Source of the DNA: Dudresnaya verticillata
Lineage: Eukaryota
Length of the DNA: 64,000 bases
Direction: 5' to 3'
Assembly (NCBI GenBank): GCA_977862235.1
Contig: OZ374560.1
Location: 1,922,001-1,986,000 of the forward strand
Positions 36,464 through 49,327 of this stretch are shown in pieces (position 1 is the first letter of the stretch; each line of letters opens with the position of its first letter). The notes beneath the pieces are model-generated. The model was not told the origin of the DNA, ran no database searches, and was given only the letters and a program-made list of their open reading frames with translations. Both the position numbers and the translations under genes were made by a program.

Positions 36464-39400
36464 AGCGACGAGGCTCCATGCCTCAGACTCGTCGCACTAA
36501 GCTTCAGGTGAATGCACATCGCACCACCTGTCCGAGGCGCAAATTGGAAGGAAAGATTTCCGTTCCCGCTCCTGTTGACTGCTCAGACATACATGTTGCT
36601 CAAATGTCATGCACGACAAAACACCGGCTCCTTGCGTTTTGCCTGGATACAGGAGCACCAAGATCTGTAGTTGCAAGGAAACAACTCAATCGGACCATGA
36701 ATGCTTTGGGAATCCACAAGTGGAAGTATCATCGCTCGGAGGCCCGGTTTCATCTTGCAGACAAATGCTACAGTTCACTTGGCAAGGTCTCGTTACCATT
36801 GCTAACGCCACCGAGTGTTCCTAGGGTCGAAATCGAGCTTGACTTAGTGGAGGTAGACATCCCTGCCTTGCTCGGTATGGACGTCCTAGACAGGGAACAA
36901 TTACTCGTGGACACGGTTTGCAACAGACTATCGAAGCGTGTCGAGGTAGAGATAGCAGCAGGAAAGACAGCGTACGTGGATGCGTGGTCTGTCCCTCTAG
37001 AAAGATCACCGAGCAGGCACATATACGCTCCCATCGATAGCAGCACGCGCCTTCACTTCACCCAAGCACAACTCCAACGCTTGCATCGTCAGTTTTATCA
37101 CTCATCTGCCGACAAGTTGTTCACGTTACTACGTAAGGCGAGACCAGAAGACGTAACACCTGAAGCCCTCAAGGCCCTCGAAGACTTGGGAAAGAGGTGC
37201 GGTCCATGCCAACGTATGCAGAACGCTCCAGTGCGTTTCAAGGTGACGTTTGGAGCTGAGAACGTCAGTTTCAATGAGCAAATATTCATCGATGTCATGT
37301 ACTTGGAAGGAAAACCGGTACTTCATATCATTGATGAAGGTACCTGCTTTGGTGCAGCTCGCTTCCTACCTGACGTTTCGACCAAAACCATCTGGGAAAC
37401 TTTACTGACCTGCTGGGCAACCATCTACACAGGATTACCAAACCGCATACTTGTGGATCAGGGAAGTGCTTTCGCAAATACGTTCGTTGACATGGCTGCT
37501 ATTTGGAGTGTTAGGGTTGACCACACCGGCGTCGAGGCTCACTCCAGCCTTGGCCTAGCGTAAAGGTACCATAAACCCCTCCGTACGACGTTCAGGAAGA
37601 TTATGGTCGACCAACAGCAAGCGGGCCGCAACCTAGCGCTCCAGGCTGCAGTCAAAGCCATGAACGATACCTTAGGCCCGGAAGAGCTTGTGCCGCCATC
37701 CTTGGTTTTTGGAGAATACCCTAAGGTAACCACGCGAGACGAGCCAGCACCAGTACGAGCCGATCTACGAAGCCAAGCTATAATGGCAGGTACAGCTCGT
37801 AAGGAGATGGAGAAAATCATGGCAAAGCTCAGAGTCAAACGGGCATTTAAGAGGGCAATACCAAGCGCAGTGGATAGGACATTTCAGGCAGGAGACGAAG
37901 TATTGGTTTTCATAGAGAAGCTCATTGCGAACCGAATTGGAGAATGGGTGGGCCCATTCAAGGTTATGGCAGTGGACTATGAAAAGAAGCTGGTTTATGT
38001 TCAGGATGTTCAAGTCGGAAATGCAAGGCCATTCAATATCGCGAATGTCAAGAAGTACCAGCAACCCATGGAAATAGCGAACTCTTTGTTCAGTGACATG
38101 CATGACGCTCTGTGGCATTACGAATCGCCTCTTGAAGACGATGACATTTTCCTCACGGAAGTTCTCGACCCCAGCGATCCGCGAGCCACATCCAAACGCA
38201 TGGACGAAGCTAAGAGAAAAGAAGTTCGAGACCTGTTGAACAAGGGAACATTTAAGGTAATTGTTCGAGAGGATGTACCACCTGGTGCCAATGTTCTGCC
38301 TGACCGCTTCTTCCTAGCCATCAAGTCTACGGAAGATGGCTAGGAAAAGTACAAGGCAAGATTCGTCATAGGAGGCCACCGGGACAAGCTGAAACATATG
38401 ATGGTACACTCAAGTGCCACGCTTCAGCCCCAGTCGGTCCGACTACTACTTGCTCTTGCAGAAATGTTCGGGTTCGACATCTGGACTTCCGACGTGAAGC
38501 AAGCCTACCTTCAATCTGCTGAACCGCTTGCCAGGGAGATCTTCATTGACAAGCCAGTCGCAGAGTTGGAACTAGAACCCTGACAATGTCTCCAACTGCT
38601 CAAACCACTCTACGGTTTATGTGAATCAGGATACTTATGGCATGCTACGCTGGATAAGCACCATAGGCAAGACCTCGGTATGACGCCGGTCCGGTCAGAC
38701 CCAGCGCTATACCTCCTCATGGTGAACGGAATCCTTCAGGAGCTTAGCGGGGGCTACGTAGATGACCTACTTCGAACAGGAAATTCCAAGTTCAAGGAAG
38801 TTGCAAGCGATACCCACAAGAAGTTCGAAATGACCGAGGACAGCTACTTACCATGTGAATTTACTAGTTTCACTCTGACGAAGGACAAGGATGGCCTAGT
38901 CTGTATTGACCAGCACAAATACCTACGAAAGTTGGAACAACTCACATGGAATTGTTCTTTCAAGGCATTCCGGTTGATGCGCAAGCGACTCGCATGGCTC
39001 GCTACCTTCAGGTACCCCAAGGCCGGACCTGCTGGTAGAGATTGGACAGATGGCTCAAGTAACTGAATAGATTTTCAAACAGAACGCCAAGCTTCATGTC
39101 AAGAGATTGAACCGCGCTGTCAAATTTGCAATCGACAACCGCGTTACCATACGAGCCCCGAGGCTAGACATCGCCACGCTTCGAGTTGTTGTATTCTCGG
39201 ACTCTTCATTCGCAAACAATCACGATTTGTCAACCCAGCTTGGGCACATCTGCCTGCTATCTGCCAAATCTGGTAACGTCGTTCCGTTCCACTTTAAGTC
39301 TTACAAGTCAAGACGAGTGGTTAGTTCCGCAATGGCAGCGAAGTTTTCGCTTTTAGCGACCTCTTCGATGCCGCGATTACCCTCTCGAAGGAGCTTAAGG

Positions 39401-39684
39401 CAATCCTAAGGCAAGAAATACCGGTGCAACTCTTTACCGATAGCAAATCTCTATTTGACATCATTTCGAAAGGCTCTCGAACGTCAGAGTAAAGAATGAT
39501 GCTAGACGTCGCTGCTGCTCGAGAAGCATTCAAGGAGAAGGCAATCTCAGACATAGGGTTCGTTAGAAGTTCGCAAAATATTGCAGATGGGCTGACAAAG
39601 CAGATGTCGCAAGCCGCTCTACAGTCAATTATGGCAACAGGAATGCTGAAGGTACGAGCCGAGCAGTGGATCATTCGCAAGTAA
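36451..39684 (+). pseudogene. pol: Pol of E: PR, integrase, RT, RNase H
   Basis: [79 protein letters not shown]. Several stops. Confidence 0.95.
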
Positions 39685-39761
39685 GATTTTCTAAGTTTAC
39701 TTTGAGGCACGGCGGTTCTGCTCCTTGGCTAAGCCAACTTTACGCACTTCCACAACGCGAC

Positions 39762-40075
39762 TGTGGTGAAGTGGAAGGCACACCTGTAAGGAGAGTTGAT
39801 CAGGCAATCCCAATAAGGAGTGATCTCACACGGCACCGGGGTGGTAGAGCTTAGTTCGTAGACCGAAGGGAGTACCTCGAGCGACAACACCTGTAAGGAG
39901 TAAAGGGACGCAACAGACAAGGGGGACGGTACAGTGCCAGGGCAGCTACACCGGGACGGAGGTAAGAGGAATCCGTGCACGGGGCTGGCCAGGGGAAACC
40001 GTAAAGGAGTATGAGGGTAAGGCTTAGGGTAAGTCACTTTGCCCAGGGTTGCGTACCCGTTTACTGTAAGACTGG
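39762..40075 (-). repeat. Truncated inverted LTR of a family related to E's LTR
   Basis: Begins TGTGGTGAAG; blocks are reverse complements of 34013-34206 (GCTCTACCACCCC, CCCCCTTGTCTGTTG, GTAAACGGG). Confidence 0.7.
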
Positions 40076-41031
40076 CCTTTCTTGCGCTGCAGGCTTCGGG
40101 TGAGCAGACGCAGCGCTGTGCGACCGAAGCCCTTGAAGGAGACACTGGCAATATCGATGGGATGAAAATCGGGATGCACACCGTGTCTTGAGGCGCATCC
40201 GTAGAAACTTCCCAGCAGTAGCTTCTTCCCATAGCGCGTGGAGCCATCGCCGGCTGCCACCGTCTCGACGCCCCAGTCCGCAGGGTTTGCGCGTGGGCGA
40301 TCACCGTCAGAGGAAGATGGTTCGTATTTGAAGGGTCGTTGCGTCGCTTGTAGTATCCGTCGTTGCGTCGCTCTGCTCCATGGTGAACGTCCAGCCGATA
40401 CCAAGCCGTGACCAGCAGGTTACCCCACTGGGGCAAGCAAGGGAAGGAAGTACGGCGCGAACACGAGGATAGAATACCCAACGGTGGGCGCGATGCACGT
40501 GCGGCGCGTTGTGGTGTACGCGCAGTAGCGGTGCGAAGCGCAATGTGCACGGAGGAGCTGCAGGGCTGATGTGTGTGTGCGCGCGAATTCTGGGTGCGGT
40601 CGGAAGCAGGGCACTGACCCTAGGGGGCGACGATTACACGTTACGCGTTCTGGTGTACGATCGCCGTGCACCGCCGGTTTGAGGAATGGAGGGATTGGTA
40701 CGCGGCTGGAGGGTGCGCGGCAAAAGCTGGCAAATTTTATTTGCATTTTGCATCTTTGCGCGAACCCAGACGGGCTCACGCGAAGACCAGCGACGCACGT
40801 ATTACAAAGCGACCGCCTTCCTCCTCCCCCCGCGAGAGAGTCAGAACGGTAAAACAGCTTGAGATCACTAAGAGTGTGGTCAGGCTACTGGGAGGGTGTT
40901 CCGCCCGAGCCCTTTTCCCCATTATCCCCGTCCGCCCCGCTGACCCCTTTGCTCGCTAGCTCCCTCGCGTCGCGGAAACAAGGTTGCTCTTGTTGCGACC
41001 CGCGCGCCCCTACGACTCTCACAACAGTCTC

Positions 41032-41190
41032 CACCCCTCTGGCTGGGCCAACGGCGCATCGGTCCCCACCCACCTCTCCACCAATAGAAATTCGTTATTG
41101 CCATCGGTCTCCACCTCCCAATTACTTCGCGCCTTCTCATTGGCCCACTCACCGGTCTCCTCCGTGGCCGTTCGGCCAGCGCTCGCCGTC
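41032..41190 (+). repeat. Left TIR of the MULE (outer part apparently lost)
   Basis: Reverse complement of 49673-49831; about the first 85 bp identical. Confidence 0.9.
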
Positions 41191-42154
41191 ACCGCCACGA
41201 TGCCTGTCTCCACGACTGCGCCGCTTGTCGTGATAACGCGTGGGAGCGTGACCCAAAAGGGCGGCAAAACGGGGGGGCACCAGCCCAGCAGGCCAGCTGC
41301 GGTCGGTAAACGCGCCGACCCCATTGCGCGCGCAAAAGCGCAGCCTGCCCGATCAAGCGCCCAGCTAGCGGTACCCCCCTCATAGCGCGCCGCGTCGCTA
41401 TCACCACCGTCATCCACCCATCCTCGCTCTCTTTACCTCTCTCCCACCCCCTATCGCGCTCCTTCTGCCGACCCAGCCCAGCTGGCGGCTCGCACAGACG
41501 CGCCAGACAAGCCGAAATGTACCCGTACGGGCAGCAACCCCCGTACGCGCCCCAATACCCGCCGCCCCCGGCTCTAGCGCCGCAACCGGCGCAACGACAC
41601 TACCCGCCGCCCCTTCGCAAGCCCTGCACCCGGCACGCCCCTACGCAAGCCCTGCACCCGGCACCGCCACCTTCTCACCCGCCCCCGGCACAAGCAGCGC
41701 ACCCGGCGCAGCCAGCGTATCAGCCGCCCCCAGTACAAGCAGCGCATCCGATGCAGCCACCGTATCAGCCACCCGCGGTGCAAGCACCGCACCCGGCACA
41801 GCCACAATACCCGCCGCCCCACCGCCCCCGGTGCAGGCACCGTATGCTTCGCTACCCTATGTCGCACCAGCGCCTTACAGTTCCAGTACGCCTGCTTACT
41901 CGGGACAAGTATCGGAACCACCTCCTCATGGCTACTACGCTGCATCATACATGGTACCGACCTCCTATCCGCACCTTTATGGAGCCCCATCTGTGACACC
42001 ATCCCCGTATGCCTACCCACATGTTGCAGTTGAAAAGCAGAAGCGCACGACAAGGAAATCAAGACGCTCTTCTCGTTCCGAATCGTGAGAACAAAGCGCT
42101 TATCGCCGTCATGAATGTAATAGTCGTAGCGAGAGACGCGCGCCGTCTCCTCGC

Positions 42155-42998
42155 TGTGTTATAGACGCTGTGCGCAAAACGACTCCGTGGTCTACTACGT
42201 GAAAATAATCGAGAAATACGAATTTCGAAGTGACCCCGTGAAGGCGGCACCACGATGGCAAACGTATTACAGTGCGCATACTGTGCGCGCGCCAGGATGG
42301 CATTCGCATTGCAGCACGCACGCGATACGAAATCGCTGACACCTCCGGGCGAGTTCCGAGCTGACTTCGTGATCTCGCGCGCCACGATGGCATTCGCATT
42401 AGAGTGCGCACCCGATACGAAATCGCTGACACCTTCGTGATTTCCCCGTGGTTTCCTGCGCGTAACGGCACCGAGGCCCAGGACGCGTGTTCACCTCCGT
42501 ATGCATCGCTGGCGCACTTCGTAACCGCCTCCATACGTGGGACGATCGTTCGTTGGCACCGAGGCCGTTACGAATCATTCGAGTACGAACCGTCTCCCGC
42601 GTTGACGCGCATTCGTGCTCACGTAGTATTACTTAGCCAGTCGTCTGACACAACCTCCGAGGGTTTCCCGTAAGCGACTAGCGCCCGGACCTCGGAGTCT
42701 TCGGTAAACGCCTGTTTCTTCGAGTTCGGTGTCTTCGTCTTCGTGACCGCGGATACGGTCTAGCCTCGCTTTCGATAGCCCCGCGCACCCGGAGTCATCC
42801 CCGGTGATCGATCGCACGAGTTCTCCCTTCCACGCACGAATACGTTGACACCGTGGCCCTTCGTGTTGGTCGCTCCGCTCTACCAGGCTACCACCCCTTT
42901 TCGTTTCTCCGTTAGGTTATGAGGCCATTCGTTAGGCTCCGAGGCCATTCCTTACAGTGCGAGACTTCCCCGCGTACCGTGAACTTCGTTATACCACA
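42155..42998 (+). repeat. Solo LTR, D family
   Basis: Homologous to 32590-33431; TSD CTCGC on both sides. Confidence 0.96.
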
Positions 42999-43213
42999 CT
43001 CGCAGAAATAACTTGCGCTCACCCCGCCCCCAGAAACAAGTGCGCATCACCGATGCAGGGGTATCTGGTTCTTCTGCATCAACCCCTCGCAATTCTACGG
43101 CTCCTAACCCTCAGGCATATAGTACTATTCCAGGGGGCTCAAGCACCTCGGGGTGCACCAAAAGGCCCGCCGAGGATTGCAGCTCGCCTAATACCGCCCC
43201 AGGGCCTCCCGTT

Positions 43214-44066
43214 TGTGGCATAGACGTCAAGTCGAACTGACGTCTAGCGTGGCCGGTCTCTTAGTCGCACCCAGACCCGTCGAAGGGTGGTAGCGGTGGT
43301 GGTAGAGCGGTGGTGTCGGCCGCGCGCGCCGTCGACGGTCGCGGATCAACGGCGTCGAAGCCTGAGCGCGCTCGGGGCGTACCGTACGCGGGTGGCAGCG
43401 GCCGGATCCCTGCGTCCCCGTCGTGGGGCGGCACGAAGCCGACGGTAGCGAAAGGCGTAGGCTGACTTGCCTGGTTTACTGAAGCCCAGAGGGGCGACTA
43501 CTAGATATACTACAGGGCCTGCGGCGGCACCAACCCGGGAGGTGTGCCAGCACGCCCCAACAGGCGTCGACGCGTACGGGTAACGGTAACCCGGGGGCGC
43601 GCGTGGGCGAAACGGTCCACACGTACTCAACGGCTCGACGCCGGAGTGCGCGCGCGCGTGTCACGCACCCAACGGCTCTGCGCCGGAGTGCGTGCGCGCA
43701 GCGCGCAGGACAGCAGGGAGTTCGACCGCCGCTTACACTAAACGGTGCTGTACACTACAAAACATTAAACGTAGAAATTACATGGGAGTTTCAGTGTCAC
43801 ACGGGTACGCGTGCACACGCGGGCGCCACTGTGCACTTCCTTACAGTTCAGCGGGGCTTCGGCGCCACCGGCTGACAGCGTGCGCACAGCAGTGCACACA
43901 TGGCGCAGCTGGTCTTACAGCTGCGCGCGCCACTGCGCACTTCCTTACAGTTCAGCGGGGCTTCGGCGCCACCGGCTGACAGCGTGCGCACAGCAGTGCA
44001 CACGTGGCGCAACTGGTCTTACAGCTGCGCGTTGCGTTGCACAGCTGGTCTTACAGCTTTGCCACG
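43214..44066 (-). repeat. Solo LTR, C family
   Basis: Homologous to 23409-24348 with an internal deletion; TSD CCGTT. Confidence 0.96.
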
Positions 44067-44799
44067 CCGTTGAAAATCTATATGGAGAGCCTCATTCGGT
44101 GCCTACCGGCGTGGAACAGTTCAAGGTTACTGCTGGTGTTCCTTCCGCTCCTCAGCGGGAATCCTTTCCTTATGAGTAAATTCAAGTCGTACGAAGCTGG
44201 CTACAGCTAGCCTTTGCTGCGCCAAGGACGATAAGCTGGAAGGTCTCATCAACTACGACGCGTTCCCTTTGAAAGATTCGTTGCTGAAGGATGGTGGTAT
44301 GGAAGCAGGTCCGACCGAGTGTGACGGTCGACGAAGGCGCACTATTCGGCGCAACAACAGGGGCTGTCTCGAGAAGGCTAGCCGCATTCAGAAGGACTGG
44401 TTTGAGGACCAAATCTAATCAATCATCAACGCCTATGCAGTTTTGGCCCATCTTACCGCGACGAAGAAGAACTATTCCTACTTCTCAATAGAACCCGCCC
44501 TTGATTTCTGGGATGCTATGCTGGACAAGTCAACCTCAGGGTTCTTGTTGTTGTGGAGAGATGTGGAGGAGTTCTTCAACAATAGCAGGACCGGAAGATG
44601 GCGTTTTGATCTCGCTGACCAACAGCGGCGCCTAGGGCGCTTTGGAATATCGCTGCATCAGCAGTTCCACGCGCATCTCTCTAGAGAGCTCACAAGGGCT
44701 TCTGACCGAAAAAGCACGATGCTGACGCTGCGAAAGCTCATAATTCAGCAGGATGTGGTTTCGTGGTTCATCACTGATGAGCGTACTGGCCTGGCGATT

Positions 44800-47600
44800 C
44801 AACCCTTGAGTACCAGCGCGGCTGCGAGGTCCTCCGGAGTGTGGTTCTCCGACGTAATGTCGAAGTCAGCACGCGTGTCTTGCGGGAAGTCATTTTCATC
44901 GGTGTTGTTGCCGCGGCCTACTGTCAACTGAATACCTGCCGACTGAAAACCATGATCTTCCCTCTCTTGAGATAGTACTTCCCAAGGGTTGTATAAATCT
45001 CTGTTGACTTCTGGAGAGGCGCTCACTCAATCCCACTATCGCTTCAAGATAGTTGGCACTTCTCTGCGGCATCAATGGAAGGCTCTCTATAATCACATGT
45101 CCTCCTGCAGTGGTATGCCCTTCTTTTTGTGGGTCTTTTGGTTGGGAGCCTACGGCAGCAGACCTTGCTGCATTAGGGTAGTATTGTGGGTTTGTGCAGT
45201 AACGTGTGCGGCAGACGTCTGAGTGATACCTCTACAGCCCACTTTGACAACTGCCACTTCATGCCCACCGGATATGTTTGCTCCAGGTGGATGCAAAGGA
45301 GTGTTTGAAAGGTCTCTCAACTGTATAAAAGATTCAGGGACGGTATACCTCCCCATTTGCGTGACGCTGTGTCTGTGAAACATATCCAATGCGTATTTCG
45401 TGAAACGGTTGCAGGATGATTCAATAGCTGCACCTTCAAGACCTAATGCGGCTGAGAACTTGAGACAGTACGTGGAAGATCTATTCTTCATCCTTTCGCT
45501 TAGCCGTATTTCTCGCCGCTTCCGGGTGATCTGACGGATGGAATCAAATCCATTGACACCTTCCTGCCACATATTGCCGAACGATAGCCAGAGTTCGAAA
45601 ACTCCGTATTCCCGCTTCCCTGGAACAGGAATCGCGGTTCACAAGCACTTTTGTTGTAGCAATCCATCAGAGCGCTAGCGTTCTTATGATACAACTTCAA
45701 ATACCACCTCGGCACTCCTTCTGCTCCCAAATCAGTAAAGTATGTTCGCTCAAACGCATTGCGGTGCTGTTCAAAGGATGACGCGGAGGATGCCCTTCGC
45801 ATTTTGAACAAATCTCTTGCCATGTCCTTATAGAGATCAGGTTTCTTGCCCTCACGTTATCTTTTTGATTTTGGTTCACGGGCCATCACGTTATCTTTTT
45901 GATTTTGGTTCACGGGCCATTCATCCAACGTATCGTAGGTTGTCGGTAGTATAGTACGACATGCGGACATACATGCGGCGTCCTGGCCCATCGCAATGAT
46001 GCAAGGGACTATACCCGGGTAGCAATATTTGAACTTGCTGAACACGCAGCGGAAGGTCTCTACCGTTTCATCCGATATAAAACCCATCATCACTTTGAAG
46101 ACCTTGCCACAGCTCGTTCTACCGTTAAAGGTGATAAGGTTCATGAATAACGCATTCCCTTTATACGTCAGTCCACCGATATCCCGGGGACAATCCCGAA
46201 CTGTAAATAATCTGCTCTCCACTCAGAGAAGGCTCGAACGATTGCGTGCAGCCTTCCGGACTCTTCAATGTGTGAAAGACGGCAGTAATACCCTTGATCC
46301 TCATTGCAGATGTTCATGAGGTTTTGAACTAACCGCATTGCAGATAGCTCCTTCGGGTTTGCAATCGAAACTTGTCTTGAAAGCTTTCTCTGTAGACGGC
46401 GACTGTCCACCATGAAACCGTACTTGTGCTCCAGAAATCGAACAACGTCGGAAAAGCTCACAAAAGCAGCGTTGCGCATATCATCCTCGTCTTTGAATAT
46501 AGAGCTAGGTAGAACATATTTGAGCTTGGCGGACACTATAGGTTGGTGCGAGTGATTGATGTCAGGGATAATGACGTTGTATTTGCGAACTCGTCGCATT
46601 GAAACATCACCGCCCGGTGAGTCGGTATCGTGACGCATTACCCATGAGCTATTCAAACGGAACCAGAAAGGGCAGTTGTCCACATGTTCTATGGCGCAAG
46701 TGTAGAAACAACGGTTCATCTCTTTTGATCCATCAATCTCATCCCAGTGAGAGCGCTTCAACTTCATGTCCAGTCCAAACTAATGCAGATGAACTCGAGG
46801 TCCCTCCGCACCTCTGAACCCCGTTTACCAGGCGTAAAAGATAACACGAATGTCTCAATACAAGCTTTGAGATCCTCTGTCGGGCTTGAATGGGACTCGA
46901 AAAGCAGGGACGGTGAAGAGAACTCCTCACGTTCGGTAGTAGGTCCTGGATTAGAGCCTCCGGAACCCGGGACCTGGGATTGTGGTGGGCTTAATAAATT
47001 CATACCTAAGCTGTCAGAGCCCTCCTGGTCGACAATGTCAGAATCAGTACTAGAAATCTGTATTCGTTTGGGTTCTGGGACTGCAGATGGATATATACGC
47101 CCACTAACGGCCCCCGAAGAAAAACTGGGTGGTATCGGCAGAATAAGTGCTCTGTTTCGCCTGGAGTCGATCGAAGGGGTGTCTTTCACCCGTGTTTCAA
47201 TCTGAGAAGTTATCGGATTACCACTACTATGAACGCCAAGCAGTTCCCTGAGTGTTTTCTCTTATGAAATGCGTCCCACCTCTTCTCATACGAAGGCCTT
47301 TCATTAGGAGGCTCTGCGGGATGGACCTGCTCATCGTGAATGTTTTTGCACCCAGCCCAAACGTCCCATCCATGTCCATCTTTGCGGTGGTCACAAACGA
47401 AAGATACCTGGCACTTGTGCCCCCAACTGGTGTCTCCTTACGGAGACATCGAAAGCGCACCTTCCAATCATGAATACCATTCTTACAAGGGCGCATGTAG
47501 GTCTTCACGAAATAGAAGCCGGTTCTGGCAAATTCCGCGCATACTCTGCACAGTTCATTGTGCGACCTAGTAGGTGGAATACGGCCTTCTTCTCTGTCCT
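44800..47600 (-). pseudogene. FAR1-like MULE transposase (WRKY-GCM1-type finger, DDE domain, SWIM remnant)
   Basis: YTC..CPF..NHSH; FG..SVD/LTYKGN; SDETVETFRCVFSKF..P.II..QDAA...ILP; GSGNTEFSNS; GIP/CR/HVI. Many frameshifts; 34-bp duplication at about 45852-45919. Confidence 0.88.
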
Positions 47601-47640
47601 TTGCCGCTCTGAGCCTTCCATGGGTGGAAGGAGGCTAGGG

Positions 47641-47778
47641 GCTAGTTGGGCCGACTGCTGCGGAATGGGCGGCGAAGCCTCCTTTGAATGGAGTAGAGGT
47701 GATGCCGCTGCTAGCTGGCCCGAATGCTGCGGAATGGGGGGCGAGGCCTCTTTTGACTGGAGTAGAGGTTGCCGCTGC
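47641..47778. repeat. Two diverged 69-bp tandem units in the MULE linker
   Basis: GCTAG.TGG.CCGA.TGCTGCGGAATGGG.GGCGA.GCCTC.TTTGA.TGGAGTAGAGGT at 47641 and 47710. Confidence 0.9.
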
Positions 47779-48469
47779 CACTTCCGAATTTTCGCCAAGG
47801 GAAGGGCTGGGAGAGCCGCGACGACGTGTGCGCCTGGCTTCGGCGTGGGGCGCCTCGGGCGCGGTTTCTTCATCGTGGTCGCTGTCCCAGGAGTTAAGTA
47901 ATGCCCTCAAATCATGGAGCGTTCCCGTCATCAACGTGTTGCGGGAGACGGCCTTTGAAACCCCTCTCAGAGCCGTTTCAGGAGAGGTTTCCAATGTATG
48001 CCCTGGTGCCGGGCTTACTTGTCACAGGAGCGTACTATTACCGGGAATGCAGTCATGGGACATCCGCGGTGGTGCTTTTCTAGTTCCCGCACCGAAAGAT
48101 ATGTCGCGTCGACGCGCGCGTCGATATGTCGCGACGAGCGTTTCTCAATGTCATTACTGGCACCGGGCATCGTTGCCGCAGGCGAATTATGCTTAGTTTC
48201 CGCAGGAGACGGATACTTCCGTATGGGGAAAGAGGGCTCGGATGGGTCTGCCGCAGGCGCCTGGCGGAATTCAGAGATGCCACCTGCTAGGGTCCTTCTC
48301 GCCGTGATCCGTTTTGCTCCGTTCTTCCGTGCCCCTCTCACTGCCGCTGCCCGCAACAATGGGTCTCGTAGAAGGAGATAGAATATTCCTCTGGGGCCAT
48401 TTCCAAGTACTGCGGATATATGCCATCATGTTCCTGTCTGCACACACATCCGGGCGTGCTTCAGTCCCA

Positions 48470-49327
48470 CTAGACAGTTGACCAGTTGCCGACTTGAGAG
48501 CCTGAAATGCAGAGAGCAAACAAGCGTCTCGAATCGATTTCGTGATTGTCGCGCGGTAATATGGCTTGTAGAATGTTTTGCTGAATGTGGGAAAAGTGCC
48601 CTGTGCCGTTCTTCATTGCCAAAGAACATATTGCAGCCAGGATATAGAATCCACAGCTGTATCCATCTTCCTGTGTTGCGTAACCTAGTTCTTTTCGATG
48701 CGCGATCCAGTTGTGCGGCGATGTTCCCCATGTGACACGCGGAAATTCCCTTCGAAGCAGCAATATAAGAAACAATACCGGCACCTTTTGCTCACCCAGC
48801 CTGGGTGAATACCCTAGTCCATCGCCCCAGATTACGGTGCTGTTTCCATGCGATTGTGCTGTGGATTCACACGAGCTTTGATTCTTGAAGCTGACCTCTA
48901 CGATTAAAACGCCCCAATGAGTACCATCGCATGTTGGGATGACAATACGAGCGTCTTGCGTGCTACTGGCGCGAACTAGAGCCCCAAAGAAGCTTGAAAG
49001 GGCTTCATGTAGCGAAGAAGGCCTGGTTCTGGCTTGAGTGCCGAGCATTATCGCAAAGCCCTGTCTCGGGATAACCACGGAACCGTCAAATTCGAAGTGG
49101 AGTAGTGATACTTTCATTAGAAATGTACTAAGCATTTTGGTGTCGAAGACTAGGCTTAACCAATGATTCCTTTCCATTGGGAGCCCCTTCATCTTGATGA
49201 GGTCATAATATGACAGGAAGAGCTGCCGGTCATTCTGACGCCTTAAACATCCAGCCTCAGTGACCCATCGAAGGGTTTCAAGTCTGTGTTGAGCTTCGGA
49301 CTGCCACGTAGCTCTCCTGGCCTCCAT
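48470..49327 (-). CDS. Ulp1/SENP-like (peptidase C48) cysteine protease domain
   Basis: IVIPTCDGTHWGVLIV (His), WGDGLG (Asp), TQEDGYSCGFYIL (Gln, Cys) in C48 order. Confidence 0.88.
   Translation of the reverse strand: MEARRATWQSEAQHRLETLRWVTEAGCLRRQNDRQLFLSYYDLIKMKGLPMERNHWLSLVFDTKMLSTFLMKVSLLHFEFDGSVVIPRQGFAIMLGTQARTRPSSLHEALSSFFGALVRASSTQDARIVIPTCDGTHWGVLIVEVSFKNQSSCESTAQSHGNSTVIWGDGLGYSPRLGEQKVPVLFLILLLRREFPRVTWGTSPHNWIAHRKELGYATQEDGYSCGFYILAAICSLAMKNGTGHFSHIQQNILQAILPRDNHEIDSRRLFALCISGSQVGNWSTV

Larger units (their letters stand above)
33633..39761 (+). mobile_element. Element E: Ty1/Copia retrotransposon (GalEa-like by motif appearance); PPT and 3' LTR not found
   Basis: Domain order PR-IN-RT-RH. 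Confidence 0.88.
41517..44931 (+). pseudogene. Second MULE gene: Pro/Tyr/Gln-rich N-terminus, Ser/Arg-rich middle, unknown C-terminal domain; split by two solo LTRs
   Basis: Removing each LTR plus one TSD restores the frame (RAPSPR|RNNLRSPR; PGPPV|ENLYGEP). 45-bp repeats encode QAxHPxQPxYxPPxV. Confidence 0.65.

Noticed and set aside
45150..46767. Domesticated FAR1/FHY3-like host transcription factor
   Set aside because: Multiple frameshifts and stops, and enclosed by TIRs.
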